64,000 nucleotides of DNA from Acidobacteriota bacterium (GTDB lineage: Bacteria > Acidobacteriota > Blastocatellia > Pyrinomonadales > Pyrinomonadaceae), in assembly GCA_019639155.1 (NCBI GenBank), contig JAHBSJ010000007.1:173429-237428 (forward strand), written 5' to 3'. The translations under genes were made by a program, and so were the position numbers. This document shows, one piece after another, positions 37,909 to 45,726 of the stretch (position 1 is its first letter; each line of letters opens with the position of its first letter). The notes under the pieces are model-generated. The model made no database searches and had not been told where the DNA came from. It saw only the letters and a list, made by a program, of their open reading frames with translations.

Positions 37909-38499
37909 ATGCCGCCAAAAGTAAGAATAAGCAGTTCGGCTGTCAGCCGGTCTATCCCGACCGATGTCGGTGTAAAGGCGGCCGAGATAGCCTCCGACCT
38001 GGCCGAAGCGAACGGCATCGTCTGTGCGCTGGCGGGCGGCATCGCGATGCACATTTATGGTTTCACTCGGGCAACGACGGATGTTGATCTGATCGCGTCG
38101 GAAAAACTTCCGCTTACGAGCAAAAAGAAGCTAACTTTTGGCGGCGAGAGCTATCGAATAAAGGTCGGGAAACGCGAGGTACAGGTCGACGCCATCGTTC
38201 GTAATGATGAGCTGACCGCGATATATCAGGCCGCTCTCGCAGACGCTCTTGAGACGGACGCGAACGTTAAGATAATCTCGCCTGAATGGATGGCGATCCT
38301 CAAGCACCTGGCCGGCCGTGCGAAGGACAAGCTCGACCTCATCTGGCTGCTGCAGCAGGACGGATTGGTCGACCGGAAAAAGGTTCAGAAAAATCTCGTA
38401 AAGGCTATCGGTAAACAGTCCGCTTTCTTTGTTTACGAAGAAATGAAGAGCGAATTCGACTATGCTGATTTTCTGAAGATGCGAGAGCAGTCGAAATGA
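37909..38499 (+). CDS. Putative nucleotidyltransferase-fold protein (AbiEii/DUF6036-like)
   Basis: 196 aa. The motif ALAGGIAMHIYGFTRATTDVDLI resembles the GG.A....G..R.T.D.D NTase signature. The assignment is tentative. Confidence 0.4.
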   Translation: MPPKVRISSSAVSRSIPTDVGVKAAEIASDLAEANGIVCALAGGIAMHIYGFTRATTDVDLIASEKLPLTSKKKLTFGGESYRIKVGKREVQVDAIVRNDELTAIYQAALADALETDANVKIISPEWMAILKHLAGRAKDKLDLIWLLQQDGLVDRKKVQKNLVKAIGKQSAFFVYEEMKSEFDYADFLKMREQSK

Positions 38500-38621
38500 C
38501 AGGTCTGCTGCATCTGCCCTTGTCGCTTTTTCGCGCTCCCGAGCTATTTTGAAATGTCCACTTAGCGAAGAAGGCTGAAAATTGTTTCCCAAAGCACCGA
38601 AGAATCGGCTATTATTAGGCC

Positions 38622-38846
38622 ATGCAGACTTTGGCAAGGATCACATTCGACCCCCAAGTGATGGGCGGGAAGCCTTGTATTCGCGGTATGCGTGTAACGG
38701 TCGGGACGATCGTCGGGCTTGTTGCGTCCGGGCATTCGACCGAGGAGATCTTGAAGGCTTATCCTTACCTTGAGGCCGCGGACATAAGCGAGGCCTTGGC
38801 TTACGCAGCTTGGCGGTCTGAAGAGATCGAGGCCGTGCTTGCTTGA
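38622..38846 (+). CDS. DUF433-domain protein (second copy, antitoxin-like)
   Basis: 74 aa with the motif GGKPCIRGMRVTVGTIVGLVASGHSTEEILKAYPYL. Confidence 0.8.
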   Translation: MQTLARITFDPQVMGGKPCIRGMRVTVGTIVGLVASGHSTEEILKAYPYLEAADISEALAYAAWRSEEIEAVLA

Positions 38847-39214
38847 TGAAGATCCTGATCGACATGAATTTGTCGCCTAGCTGGGTCGACTATCTCAGTG
38901 ACGCCGGATTCGAATCGATGCACTGGTCTTCGATCGGCGATGCAGATTCCTCGGACAGTGTGATCTTTGATCACGCTCGTGAAAACGGCTTCATCATATT
39001 CACGCATGACCTGGATTTCGGAACCATCCTTGCTCACACTCAAGCGATAAGCCCCAGCGTTATACAGATACGGGCTCAGGACATTTTGCCGGCAACTGCT
39101 TCAAGGCGCTTCGTTGCGATCCTAGAGAAATATCGCGAATTCTTGGAAAAAGGTGCATTAGTGGTCATCGATGAAAGTCGGGCTCGGGTACGCATACTAC
39201 CTTTAAAGCAGTAG
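38843..39214 (+). CDS. DUF5615 / PIN-like protein (second copy)
   Basis: 123 aa with MKILIDMNLSP...IIFTHDLDFGTIL. Its start forms an ATGA overlap with the preceding gene. Confidence 0.75.
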   Translation: MMKILIDMNLSPSWVDYLSDAGFESMHWSSIGDADSSDSVIFDHARENGFIIFTHDLDFGTILAHTQAISPSVIQIRAQDILPATASRRFVAILEKYREFLEKGALVVIDESRARVRILPLKQ

Positions 39215-39248
39215 CATTCTGAAAAAAATTAGGATCACGCAAAAATTT

Positions 39249-39683
39249 ATGTCAATCAAAAGATCAGCAGAAGCAAAATGGAGCGGCAGCATTACCGAGG
39301 GCAAGGGGAGCGTAAAGCTTGAGAGCGGTGCGTTCGAGGGGCCGTATTCGTTCAACGCCAGGTTCGGTGACGATACGACGATGACGAACCCCGAGGAATT
39401 GATCGCCGCGGCGCATGCCGGGTGTTTCACGATGGCGTTTTCGGGCTTTTTGGGACGTGCGGGCTACGAGGCGACGAGCATCGAGACCAAAGCGGTCGTC
39501 CACGTTGAAAAGGAAGAGGCCGGGTTCTCCATCCCGCGTATCGACCTGATCACCGAGGCGGTCGTGCCGAATATCACCGACGACGAGTTTCAGGAAGTAG
39601 CGAAGAACGCAAAAGAAAAATGCCCCGTCTCGCGCGTGCTTGCCGGTGCGGAGATCACGCTCGACGCGACTCTGAAGAGCTAA
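39249..39683 (+). CDS. osmC: OsmC-family peroxiredoxin
   Basis: 144 aa with the two conserved Cys contexts AHAGCFTMAF and EKCPVSRVL. Confidence 0.9.
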   Translation: MSIKRSAEAKWSGSITEGKGSVKLESGAFEGPYSFNARFGDDTTMTNPEELIAAAHAGCFTMAFSGFLGRAGYEATSIETKAVVHVEKEEAGFSIPRIDLITEAVVPNITDDEFQEVAKNAKEKCPVSRVLAGAEITLDATLKS

Positions 39684-40186
39684 TCAGACGACACCAGATC
39701 GAGTTTCGTTTTCGAAACGTCGACGAGCGGCCCCAGCTCGTACACGTTGCGATAGCCGTAGGTGTACAGCGAAATGTACGTCGAAATGTTTAGCGACGCC
39801 GTCGCCATTTTCCGCGGGAAAGGGTCTTCCGCGCCTTCGAAATTGTTGTTGCAATAGATCAGTATCCGCGTATTCCTGTCGGGGAACAGCGTCGCCAGGC
39901 TGTCGACCGTGATGTCCGGAAAGCTCAGATTCACGGCACCTTTGACGTGCATTTCGCGGTACTTTTCCGCACTGCGTGCGTCGAGTATCACGGTGCCGGG
40001 CTCGCGGCTCATGCGTATGAACTCCGCTTCCGTCAGCCGCCGTTTCTCGCGGTGTTCGGCTGCCTCGTTCGCTATCCGCAGATAGCCTTTCATATCGATC
40101 GCCGGATTCGGTATGCCGCCGCCGATCTGCCCAAAACCCAAAAACGCCGCCAACAATATAGCGAAACTCAGTGCAATAGCTTTCAT
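39680..40186 (-). CDS. Secreted rhodanese-domain protein
   Basis: 168 aa with a signal peptide. The rhodanese core is VILDARSAEKYREMHVKGAVNL and the active-site loop is ILIYCNNN. Confidence 0.8.
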   Translation of the reverse strand: MKAIALSFAILLAAFLGFGQIGGGIPNPAIDMKGYLRIANEAAEHREKRRLTEAEFIRMSREPGTVILDARSAEKYREMHVKGAVNLSFPDITVDSLATLFPDRNTRILIYCNNNFEGAEDPFPRKMATASLNISTYISLYTYGYRNVYELGPLVDVSKTKLDLVSSD

Positions 40187-40332
40187 CGTATTACCTCACT
40201 CTTATAACCAGAACGCCCCTGTGATGCCGGGCTTGCAAGATGAGGTGCCCGAAATATCGATTGCCCGAGCATCGCATTTCAGGTAACCTGAATCTGATCT
40301 TCGACTTTTGCGGAAAATTGGAGACCCCTCGT

Positions 40333-40986
40333 ATGAAAATGCTTTCTTTGTTAGCCGTCGTCCTCGTGTGTTCGACGCTGTCGTTTGGCCAAAAGGTCGA
40401 ACCAACACCCGAGCCGTTTTTCATGGAGATCGAGGATATGTTTTCGGTCGCCGGTGTCGGGATAATGGCCACGGGAACGATCGTGCGCGGTAAAGTAAAG
40501 GTCGGCGACGAGGTGGAGCTCGTCGGAATAAAGCCGACGAAAGCGACGTCCGTCCTCCGCATCATCAAACCGCCGATCCGCGAGCCGCAGACAGAGGCCG
40601 CAAAAGGCGATGCTGTCGGCCTCGTGCTCAAAGGTGTTGAAAGAGACGACCTCAGCCGCGGCCAGGCCATTGCAAAGCCGGGCAGCGTAACCGCCGTCTC
40701 AAGATTCAAGGCCACGCTGGACATGGTCTCGCCCCTTGCCGGCGGCCGACGCACACCATTCTTTACCGGCTATCGTCCGCAGGTCTTCATTCGTCTCGGT
40801 ATGTACACCGGCATCGTTACGCTGCCGCCGGATGTCGAGTCCGTCGCTGCTGGAGCGAAAGGCGTCGAGGTCGAGATCGAACTAAACTCTCCGGCGGCGC
40901 TCGAAAAAGGGACCGCTTTTGAACTGAAAGAGGGCGGCCGCGTCGTCGGAAAAGGCACTGTCGTGTCGTTCGAAAAGCCGAAATAG
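40333..40986 (+). CDS. Signal-peptide-bearing EF-Tu domain II/III homologue lacking the GTPase domain
   Basis: The start at ATG 40333 has GGAG 9 nt upstream and gives the signal peptide MKMLSLLAVVLVCSTLSFGQ. The remainder aligns by eye with EF-Tu residues ~205-393: PFFMEIEDMFSVAGVGIMATGTIVRGKVKVGDEVELVGI, GDAVGLVLKGVERDDLSRGQAIAKPGS, GGRRTPFFTGYRPQVFIR and ELKEGGRVVGKGTV. Confidence 0.8.
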   Translation: MKMLSLLAVVLVCSTLSFGQKVEPTPEPFFMEIEDMFSVAGVGIMATGTIVRGKVKVGDEVELVGIKPTKATSVLRIIKPPIREPQTEAAKGDAVGLVLKGVERDDLSRGQAIAKPGSVTAVSRFKATLDMVSPLAGGRRTPFFTGYRPQVFIRLGMYTGIVTLPPDVESVAAGAKGVEVEIELNSPAALEKGTAFELKEGGRVVGKGTVVSFEKPK

Positions 40987-41023
40987 GAACCTACATCCAC
41001 ATTTCACGGATGAACTGAGGGCG

Positions 41024-41260
41024 CTATTGCCCGTCGAGTTTTTTTACCCAATCGAGAAACGAATCCTCATAGACAAGCCAGGCCTCGCCCTCCGATCGGC
41101 GAGGCGCCGTTTCGAATGTGCCGTCCTCGCACATCGCCAATAGAGCACGCCGCGACGGCGGCGGGACGATGATGCGGTGAATGCGTATGAGCCGCTCGAT
41201 CTCAGACAGGCGGAGCTTCGTACGCGGCGATAAATCCAATAATCGTTGTGTGGTGTTCAT
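41024..41260 (-). CDS. Small hypothetical protein, possibly an excisionase/MerR-type HTH
   Basis: 78 aa. The C-terminal pattern G.F......EGEAWLVYEDSFLDWVKKL is reminiscent of excisionase-family DNA-binding domains. It is divergent from the phage-like block. The assignment is weak. Confidence 0.35.
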   Translation of the reverse strand: MNTTQRLLDLSPRTKLRLSEIERLIRIHRIIVPPPSRRALLAMCEDGTFETAPRRSEGEAWLVYEDSFLDWVKKLDGQ

Positions 41261-41528
41261 GTGCGTCTCGTGTGTGTTCCTCAGGATCCATGGCCGCGAA
41301 AAGCGGTCGTGAAATGCCGGTCCGTGGGCAAGATACGCAAAGAATGCAGAAACGAGAAAGTGATGTAGAAATGTTCATAATACTGCGTTCTGCGAATTTC
41401 GGCATATCAATTTCCGCCCGTTTGTTCTAACCTCGCAATTGTTCGGGCGATATGTAAGCGGCGAATTAAATCTCGATCATCGGCTTCGCCCGTTATCGTC
41501 CGAACGTTCTCTAATATACAACAAAAAG

Positions 41529-42539
41529 ATGTTTTTGCAAAACGAAAAATTCACAAATTTTACTCACGAAGACCTCGCAAAGGCGTTGGCGATCGTGAAC
41601 ATCTTTGAAACGTCGCGTCCGATCGGCAATTTCACGGCTTGCGTTGTGCTGGGTGACGGAGCGGGCGTTTCATACGGCATCAGCCAGTTCACGCACCGCT
41701 CGGGCTCGCTGGCAAAGGTCGTCGAGAGATACCTCGCGACGGACGCCGACGCGGGCCGAGCGAAGCTGCGTTCGTCGCTGCCGTTGCTGAAAAAAACGTC
41801 CGTCGCTGCGATCAGAATGCTCGCAGCGGACGCCGCTTTTAAGAACGCCCTTCGTGCCGCCGGCCGCACGCCCGAGATGCAGCGTGTCCAGATCGAGGCG
41901 GCTTTTGATCTCTATCTGTCGCCAGCTATAGAAGTATGCCGGCGTTACGGTTTTCGCGAACCGCTGTCGCTCGCGGTCGTTTACGATTCGCTGAATCACG
42001 GTTCGTGGGAACGCATCGCGTCGCGCGTTCGCGTCCGCCGCAGCAGCGAGCGGCAATGGATCGCCGACTATGTCCGCAAACGCCACCTGTGGCTGACGAA
42101 CATCCCGCGGCTGGCCGCGACGAACTACCGCACGCGCTTTTTCCTCGGCGAGATCGAACGCGGCAATTGGGCCCTTCGCCTGCCGCTCCGCGTTCACGGC
42201 TATCGGCTGACGGCGGACAAACTGCCGACGATATCAGCACCCGAACCGAAAGCGTCAGCGACCACAGACATACAAAAAGCAGAACCGGAAACCGGCATTT
42301 TCGACGGTATTCACGAGGCCGCGGAAGAGGTTCGCACGCGTGCGGATTCGGTCAAATCTCTGTGGGCGACGGTCGGCGGGACCGCGTGGCAGGCGGTGTG
42401 GGCGGCGGCTTCGGCTCTGCTAGAAATACCGCGCGAGGTTTGGATCGTCGCGGCGGTGATCGCAGGCGTGCTGGTGCTGGCATACATCTATCGGCAGACG
42501 CTGCTGGGACGCATCAGGGAGGAAAAATGCAGGACATAA
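41529..42539 (+). CDS. Putative GH46 (chitosanase)-like cell-wall hydrolase with a C-terminal TM anchor
   Basis: The start is at ATG 41529. The N-terminal motif IFETSRP...VVLGDGAGVSYGISQFTHRSGSL resembles the GH46-type E...D.RG(Y/V)(T/S).G..QF catalytic region. The C-terminal hydrophobic helix is VWIVAAVIAGVLVLAYIY. Confidence 0.45.
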   Translation: MFLQNEKFTNFTHEDLAKALAIVNIFETSRPIGNFTACVVLGDGAGVSYGISQFTHRSGSLAKVVERYLATDADAGRAKLRSSLPLLKKTSVAAIRMLAADAAFKNALRAAGRTPEMQRVQIEAAFDLYLSPAIEVCRRYGFREPLSLAVVYDSLNHGSWERIASRVRVRRSSERQWIADYVRKRHLWLTNIPRLAATNYRTRFFLGEIERGNWALRLPLRVHGYRLTADKLPTISAPEPKASATTDIQKAEPETGIFDGIHEAAEEVRTRADSVKSLWATVGGTAWQAVWAAASALLEIPREVWIVAAVIAGVLVLAYIYRQTLLGRIREEKCRT

Positions 42540-42706
42540 AGAACATATTTCTGGCGTGGTTCAGCACGGCGACGGGCCTTCTGGCGGCGGCGAATGACCG
42601 GCTGACGCTGACCATTATTTCGATCATCGTGCTGCCGATCGTCTTTTTCGTCATCGGCAAAACGGTTGACGTTCTGCTGCAGATCTATCTGCACCGACGG
42701 AAATAG
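42527..42706 (+). CDS. Small membrane protein (holin-like candidate)
   Basis: 59 aa: MQDIKNIFLAWFSTATGLLAAANDRLTLTIISIIVLPIVFFVIGKTVDVLLQIYLHRRK. It has two hydrophobic segments and a basic C-terminus. GGGAGG lies upstream. It overlaps the lysin end by 13 nt. Confidence 0.4.
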   Translation: MQDIKNIFLAWFSTATGLLAAANDRLTLTIISIIVLPIVFFVIGKTVDVLLQIYLHRRK

Positions 42707-44054
42707 ATGGCTTGTGAATACAGAAAAACCTTCGGCGGCATTTCCCCTTTGGCTTGGGGAAACGGGGCCGAATTGGAAATGGGACCGCCGGCATCAGCGA
42801 TTTCTTTATCGGCATCTGCACCGTGTCACGACCGGCCGCAGCCGGCGGCTGATGATCTTTATGCCGCCGCGTCACGGCAAGAGCGAGACCGTAACGGTGC
42901 GTTACACGGCCTGGCGAATTGAGAGGGAGAGGACATTGAAGGTGATATTGGGAAGCTACAGTCAGAGGCTCGCGAACCGCTTTTCGCGAAACATACGCCG
43001 CATCGTCGCGGAGCGGATCCCACTGGCAAAGGACCGCCGTGCGGCCGACGAATGGGAAACGCCGGAAGGCGGCGGCGTGCGTGCGGCGGGCGTCGGTGCG
43101 GGCGTTACGGGTTTCGGTGCGTCGCTGATAGTGATCGACGATCCGGTAAAAAGCCGCGCGCAGGCAGAGAGCATCACGTTTCGCAACAACGTCTGGGATT
43201 GGTTCAACGACGACCTCTACACGCGGCTCGAACCGAAAGGCACGATAATCCTGATCCAGACACGCTGGCACGAGGACGACCTGGCCGGACGCCTGCTGAA
43301 ACGTATGGCCGAGGGCGGCGAGAAATGGGACGTCGTCCGTTTGCCCGCCATCGCCGAGGAGAACGATCCGCTCCGACGCAAACCCGGCACAGCTCTGTGG
43401 CCGAGCCGCTTCGGCATCGACGACCTCGAACGCATACGTGCACAGCAGGGCAGCCACTCATTCGAATCGCTCTATCAACAGAATCCGACGCCGCGCGAAG
43501 GCGGCATTTTCAAACGCCATTGGTTCACGCGTTTTGTGGACGAAACGCCGAAGCATCTTCGATGGGTCCGCGGCTACGACCTGGCGGTCTCGACGAAAAC
43601 ATCGGCAGATTTCACGGCGAGTTTCCTGTGCGGGCTCGACGAACGCACGGGCGAGCTTTACATCGCGGACGGCTTTCGCGGGCAGATCGAATACCCCGCA
43701 CAGCGGCGTTTTGTTTTGGAACGGCTCAAGGCCGAACCGCACGTCCTGCACGCGATCGAAAGCTCTCTGCACGGCAAGGCTCTGCTGCAGGACCTACGCA
43801 GCGACAGGCGTTCCGCCGGACGGTCGCTGTGCGGTGTCGATGTTGACGCGGACAAACTGACGCGTGCGCTCGGCTGGGCGGCGCTTGCCGAGGAAGGCAA
43901 GGTCGTGCTGGTGCGCGGCGGCTGGAACGAGGAATTCATTGACGAAGTTTGTTCTTTCCCGCACGGCCGGCACGACGATCAGGTCGATGCCGTCAGCCTG
44001 GCGTGGCGAATGATCCGAAAAGGCAGAAAGAGAGGGCTCGTCGCCTTTGACTAA
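42666..44054 (+). CDS. Phage terminase large subunit
   Basis: The Walker A-like motif is MPPRHGKSE and the Walker B-like motif is LIVIDDPVKS, followed by LIQTRWHEDDLAGRL. The C-terminal nuclease region is HGRHDDQVDAVSLA. The start is uncertain: TTG at 42666 or in-frame GTG at 42714. Confidence 0.85.
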   Translation: MTFCCRSICTDGNRWLVNTEKPSAAFPLWLGETGPNWKWDRRHQRFLYRHLHRVTTGRSRRLMIFMPPRHGKSETVTVRYTAWRIERERTLKVILGSYSQRLANRFSRNIRRIVAERIPLAKDRRAADEWETPEGGGVRAAGVGAGVTGFGASLIVIDDPVKSRAQAESITFRNNVWDWFNDDLYTRLEPKGTIILIQTRWHEDDLAGRLLKRMAEGGEKWDVVRLPAIAEENDPLRRKPGTALWPSRFGIDDLERIRAQQGSHSFESLYQQNPTPREGGIFKRHWFTRFVDETPKHLRWVRGYDLAVSTKTSADFTASFLCGLDERTGELYIADGFRGQIEYPAQRRFVLERLKAEPHVLHAIESSLHGKALLQDLRSDRRSAGRSLCGVDVDADKLTRALGWAALAEEGKVVLVRGGWNEEFIDEVCSFPHGRHDDQVDAVSLAWRMIRKGRKRGLVAFD

Positions 44055-45312
44055 ACTTATGAAAAACAACGACATCGAAAAAGCAATAACACGCATTCGC
44101 AGCGGCGCCGCGAGATACGCCAAGGCAGAACGCTATTACGAAGGCCGTCACGATCTGGCGTTCGCGACCGAGAAATTTCAGAACACCTTCGGTTCGCTGT
44201 TTCGCGAATTCGCGCTCAATCTGTGCCCGATCGTCTGCGATGCGCTTCGCGACAAACTTCGGATCACGGGCTTCAGCTCCGAGATAGAAAATACGGCCAC
44301 GGCGATGCGAGCTGTCAACGCGATCTGGCGGCGAAACCGCATGGAAACGCGTGCGGGCGAGGCGCATAAGGAAGCCCTCCGCTGCGGCGATGCCTACATG
44401 ATCGTTTGGCCGAATGCCCGCGGCGAGGCCGTCATTCACCCGAATCGTGCGGCGAATATGGCCGTCTTTTACGACGACGAAACGCCCGGCGTTATCACGT
44501 TCGCAGCGAAACGCTGGCGTTCTGCGACCGGCGGCGAACGGCTGAATCTCTATTATGCGGACCGCATCGAAAAATACATTTCTGCCGAAGGCGGCGGCGA
44601 AAAATTCACACGCGAGACAGTCGTGAAAAATCCTTATCGCACGGTGCCGGTCTTTCATTTTGCGAACAATGCCGATATCGGCGGAGCGGGCTGCTCGGAG
44701 CTGGACGCGGCAATTCCGGTCCAAGACGGGCTCAACAAATCGGTGCTCGACATGCTCGTAGCGATGGAATTTGCCGCGTATCGCCAGCGTTGGGCCGCCG
44801 GGATAGAGCTCGATCTGGACAAGGACGGCAAGCCGGTCGCGCCGTTTCGTGCGGGCGTGGAGCATCTGTGGATATCGGAAAATCCGGACGCGAGATTCGG
44901 CGATTTCGAGGCCGCCAGGCTCGATCAGTTCCTGAAAGTAAAGGACAGTTTCCGCGTTGATATGGCGACCGTCACGGGCACGCCGCTGCATTATTTCGTG
45001 CAGAATTCGTCGGGTTTCCCCAGCGGTGAATCGCTCCGCCGTGCGGAATCGCGGTTCCTGGCAAAGGTGCGCGACCGGCAGGCCGCTTTCGGCGAAGTGT
45101 GGGCCGACGTTATGGCGTTCGCCGTGCGTATCGAGACGCGCCGGCGTGTGGAGCTTCGCACCGTGTGGGAAGACGCCGCACCGCTCACCGAAAAGGAAAA
45201 GCTCGCAAATCTATTGATGAAACGGCAGCTCGGCATACCGAACGAGCGGCTTCTCACAGAAGCGGGCTACGGCGCCGCCGAGGCAGAGAACATGAATGAG
45301 GAGAAAAAATGA
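44047..45312 (+). CDS. Phage portal protein (SPP1 Gp6-like)
   Basis: 421 aa. The N-terminus ...AKAERYYEGRHDLAFATEKF... is typical of Gp6-type portals. It overlaps the TerL stop by 8 nt. Confidence 0.85.
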   Translation: MTKLMKNNDIEKAITRIRSGAARYAKAERYYEGRHDLAFATEKFQNTFGSLFREFALNLCPIVCDALRDKLRITGFSSEIENTATAMRAVNAIWRRNRMETRAGEAHKEALRCGDAYMIVWPNARGEAVIHPNRAANMAVFYDDETPGVITFAAKRWRSATGGERLNLYYADRIEKYISAEGGGEKFTRETVVKNPYRTVPVFHFANNADIGGAGCSELDAAIPVQDGLNKSVLDMLVAMEFAAYRQRWAAGIELDLDKDGKPVAPFRAGVEHLWISENPDARFGDFEAARLDQFLKVKDSFRVDMATVTGTPLHYFVQNSSGFPSGESLRRAESRFLAKVRDRQAAFGEVWADVMAFAVRIETRRRVELRTVWEDAAPLTEKEKLANLLMKRQLGIPNERLLTEAGYGAAEAENMNEEKK

Positions 45313-45701
45313 CAACAAAAAAATCAGACGAAACGCCGCAGCAAGACAACGAGCTTGAAAAGCTGCGTGCGGAGAACGAGGAGCTGCGACGCACGATGCG
45401 CCGTGCCGAGGTTCACCGGCAGATAACGGGAGAACTGACGGCGGCGGGAGCGCGTTCGCCGGAGCTGCTCTTGAAAGCGATCGGCGACGGCGATCTGGAA
45501 AACGCGGCGCAGGACACGGCCGCGTTCGTCGAGAAACTGCGTGCGGAATATCCGGAGCAATTCGGCCAAAACGCCGGCGATATTAACGGCGGTTCGGGAC
45601 GCAATTTCCCGACGCTCAGCCGCGAGCAGCTTGCCGCGATGACGCCGCAGGAGATCGCCGAACTTGATTGGGACGAGGTGCGCGCTTGTTTGAGCGCATA
45701 G
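45309..45701 (+). CDS. Phage head scaffolding protein (coiled coil)
   Basis: 130 aa with a charged helical N-terminus (NELEKLRAENEELRR). It lies between the portal and capsid genes and forms an ATGA overlap with the portal stop. Confidence 0.6.
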   Translation: MTTKKSDETPQQDNELEKLRAENEELRRTMRRAEVHRQITGELTAAGARSPELLLKAIGDGDLENAAQDTAAFVEKLRAEYPEQFGQNAGDINGGSGRNFPTLSREQLAAMTPQEIAELDWDEVRACLSA

Positions 45702-45726
45702 GAAAAATAAGGAGAAAAAGAGAATT

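Noticed and set aside
40191-40754. 187-aa minus-strand ORF, and the longer 40240 start for the EF-Tu-like gene
   Set aside because: The antisense ORF has no features. The upstream ATG 40240 adds 31 residues with no homology and no RBS, while ATG 40333 has GGAG at proper spacing and yields a canonical signal peptide. The 40240 start remains a formal alternative.
41936-42706. 256-aa Arg-rich ORF overlapping the lysin gene
   Set aside because: Only its last 59 codons (from ATG 42527, with an RBS) look like a real small membrane protein. The upstream part is an out-of-frame shadow of the lysin gene.
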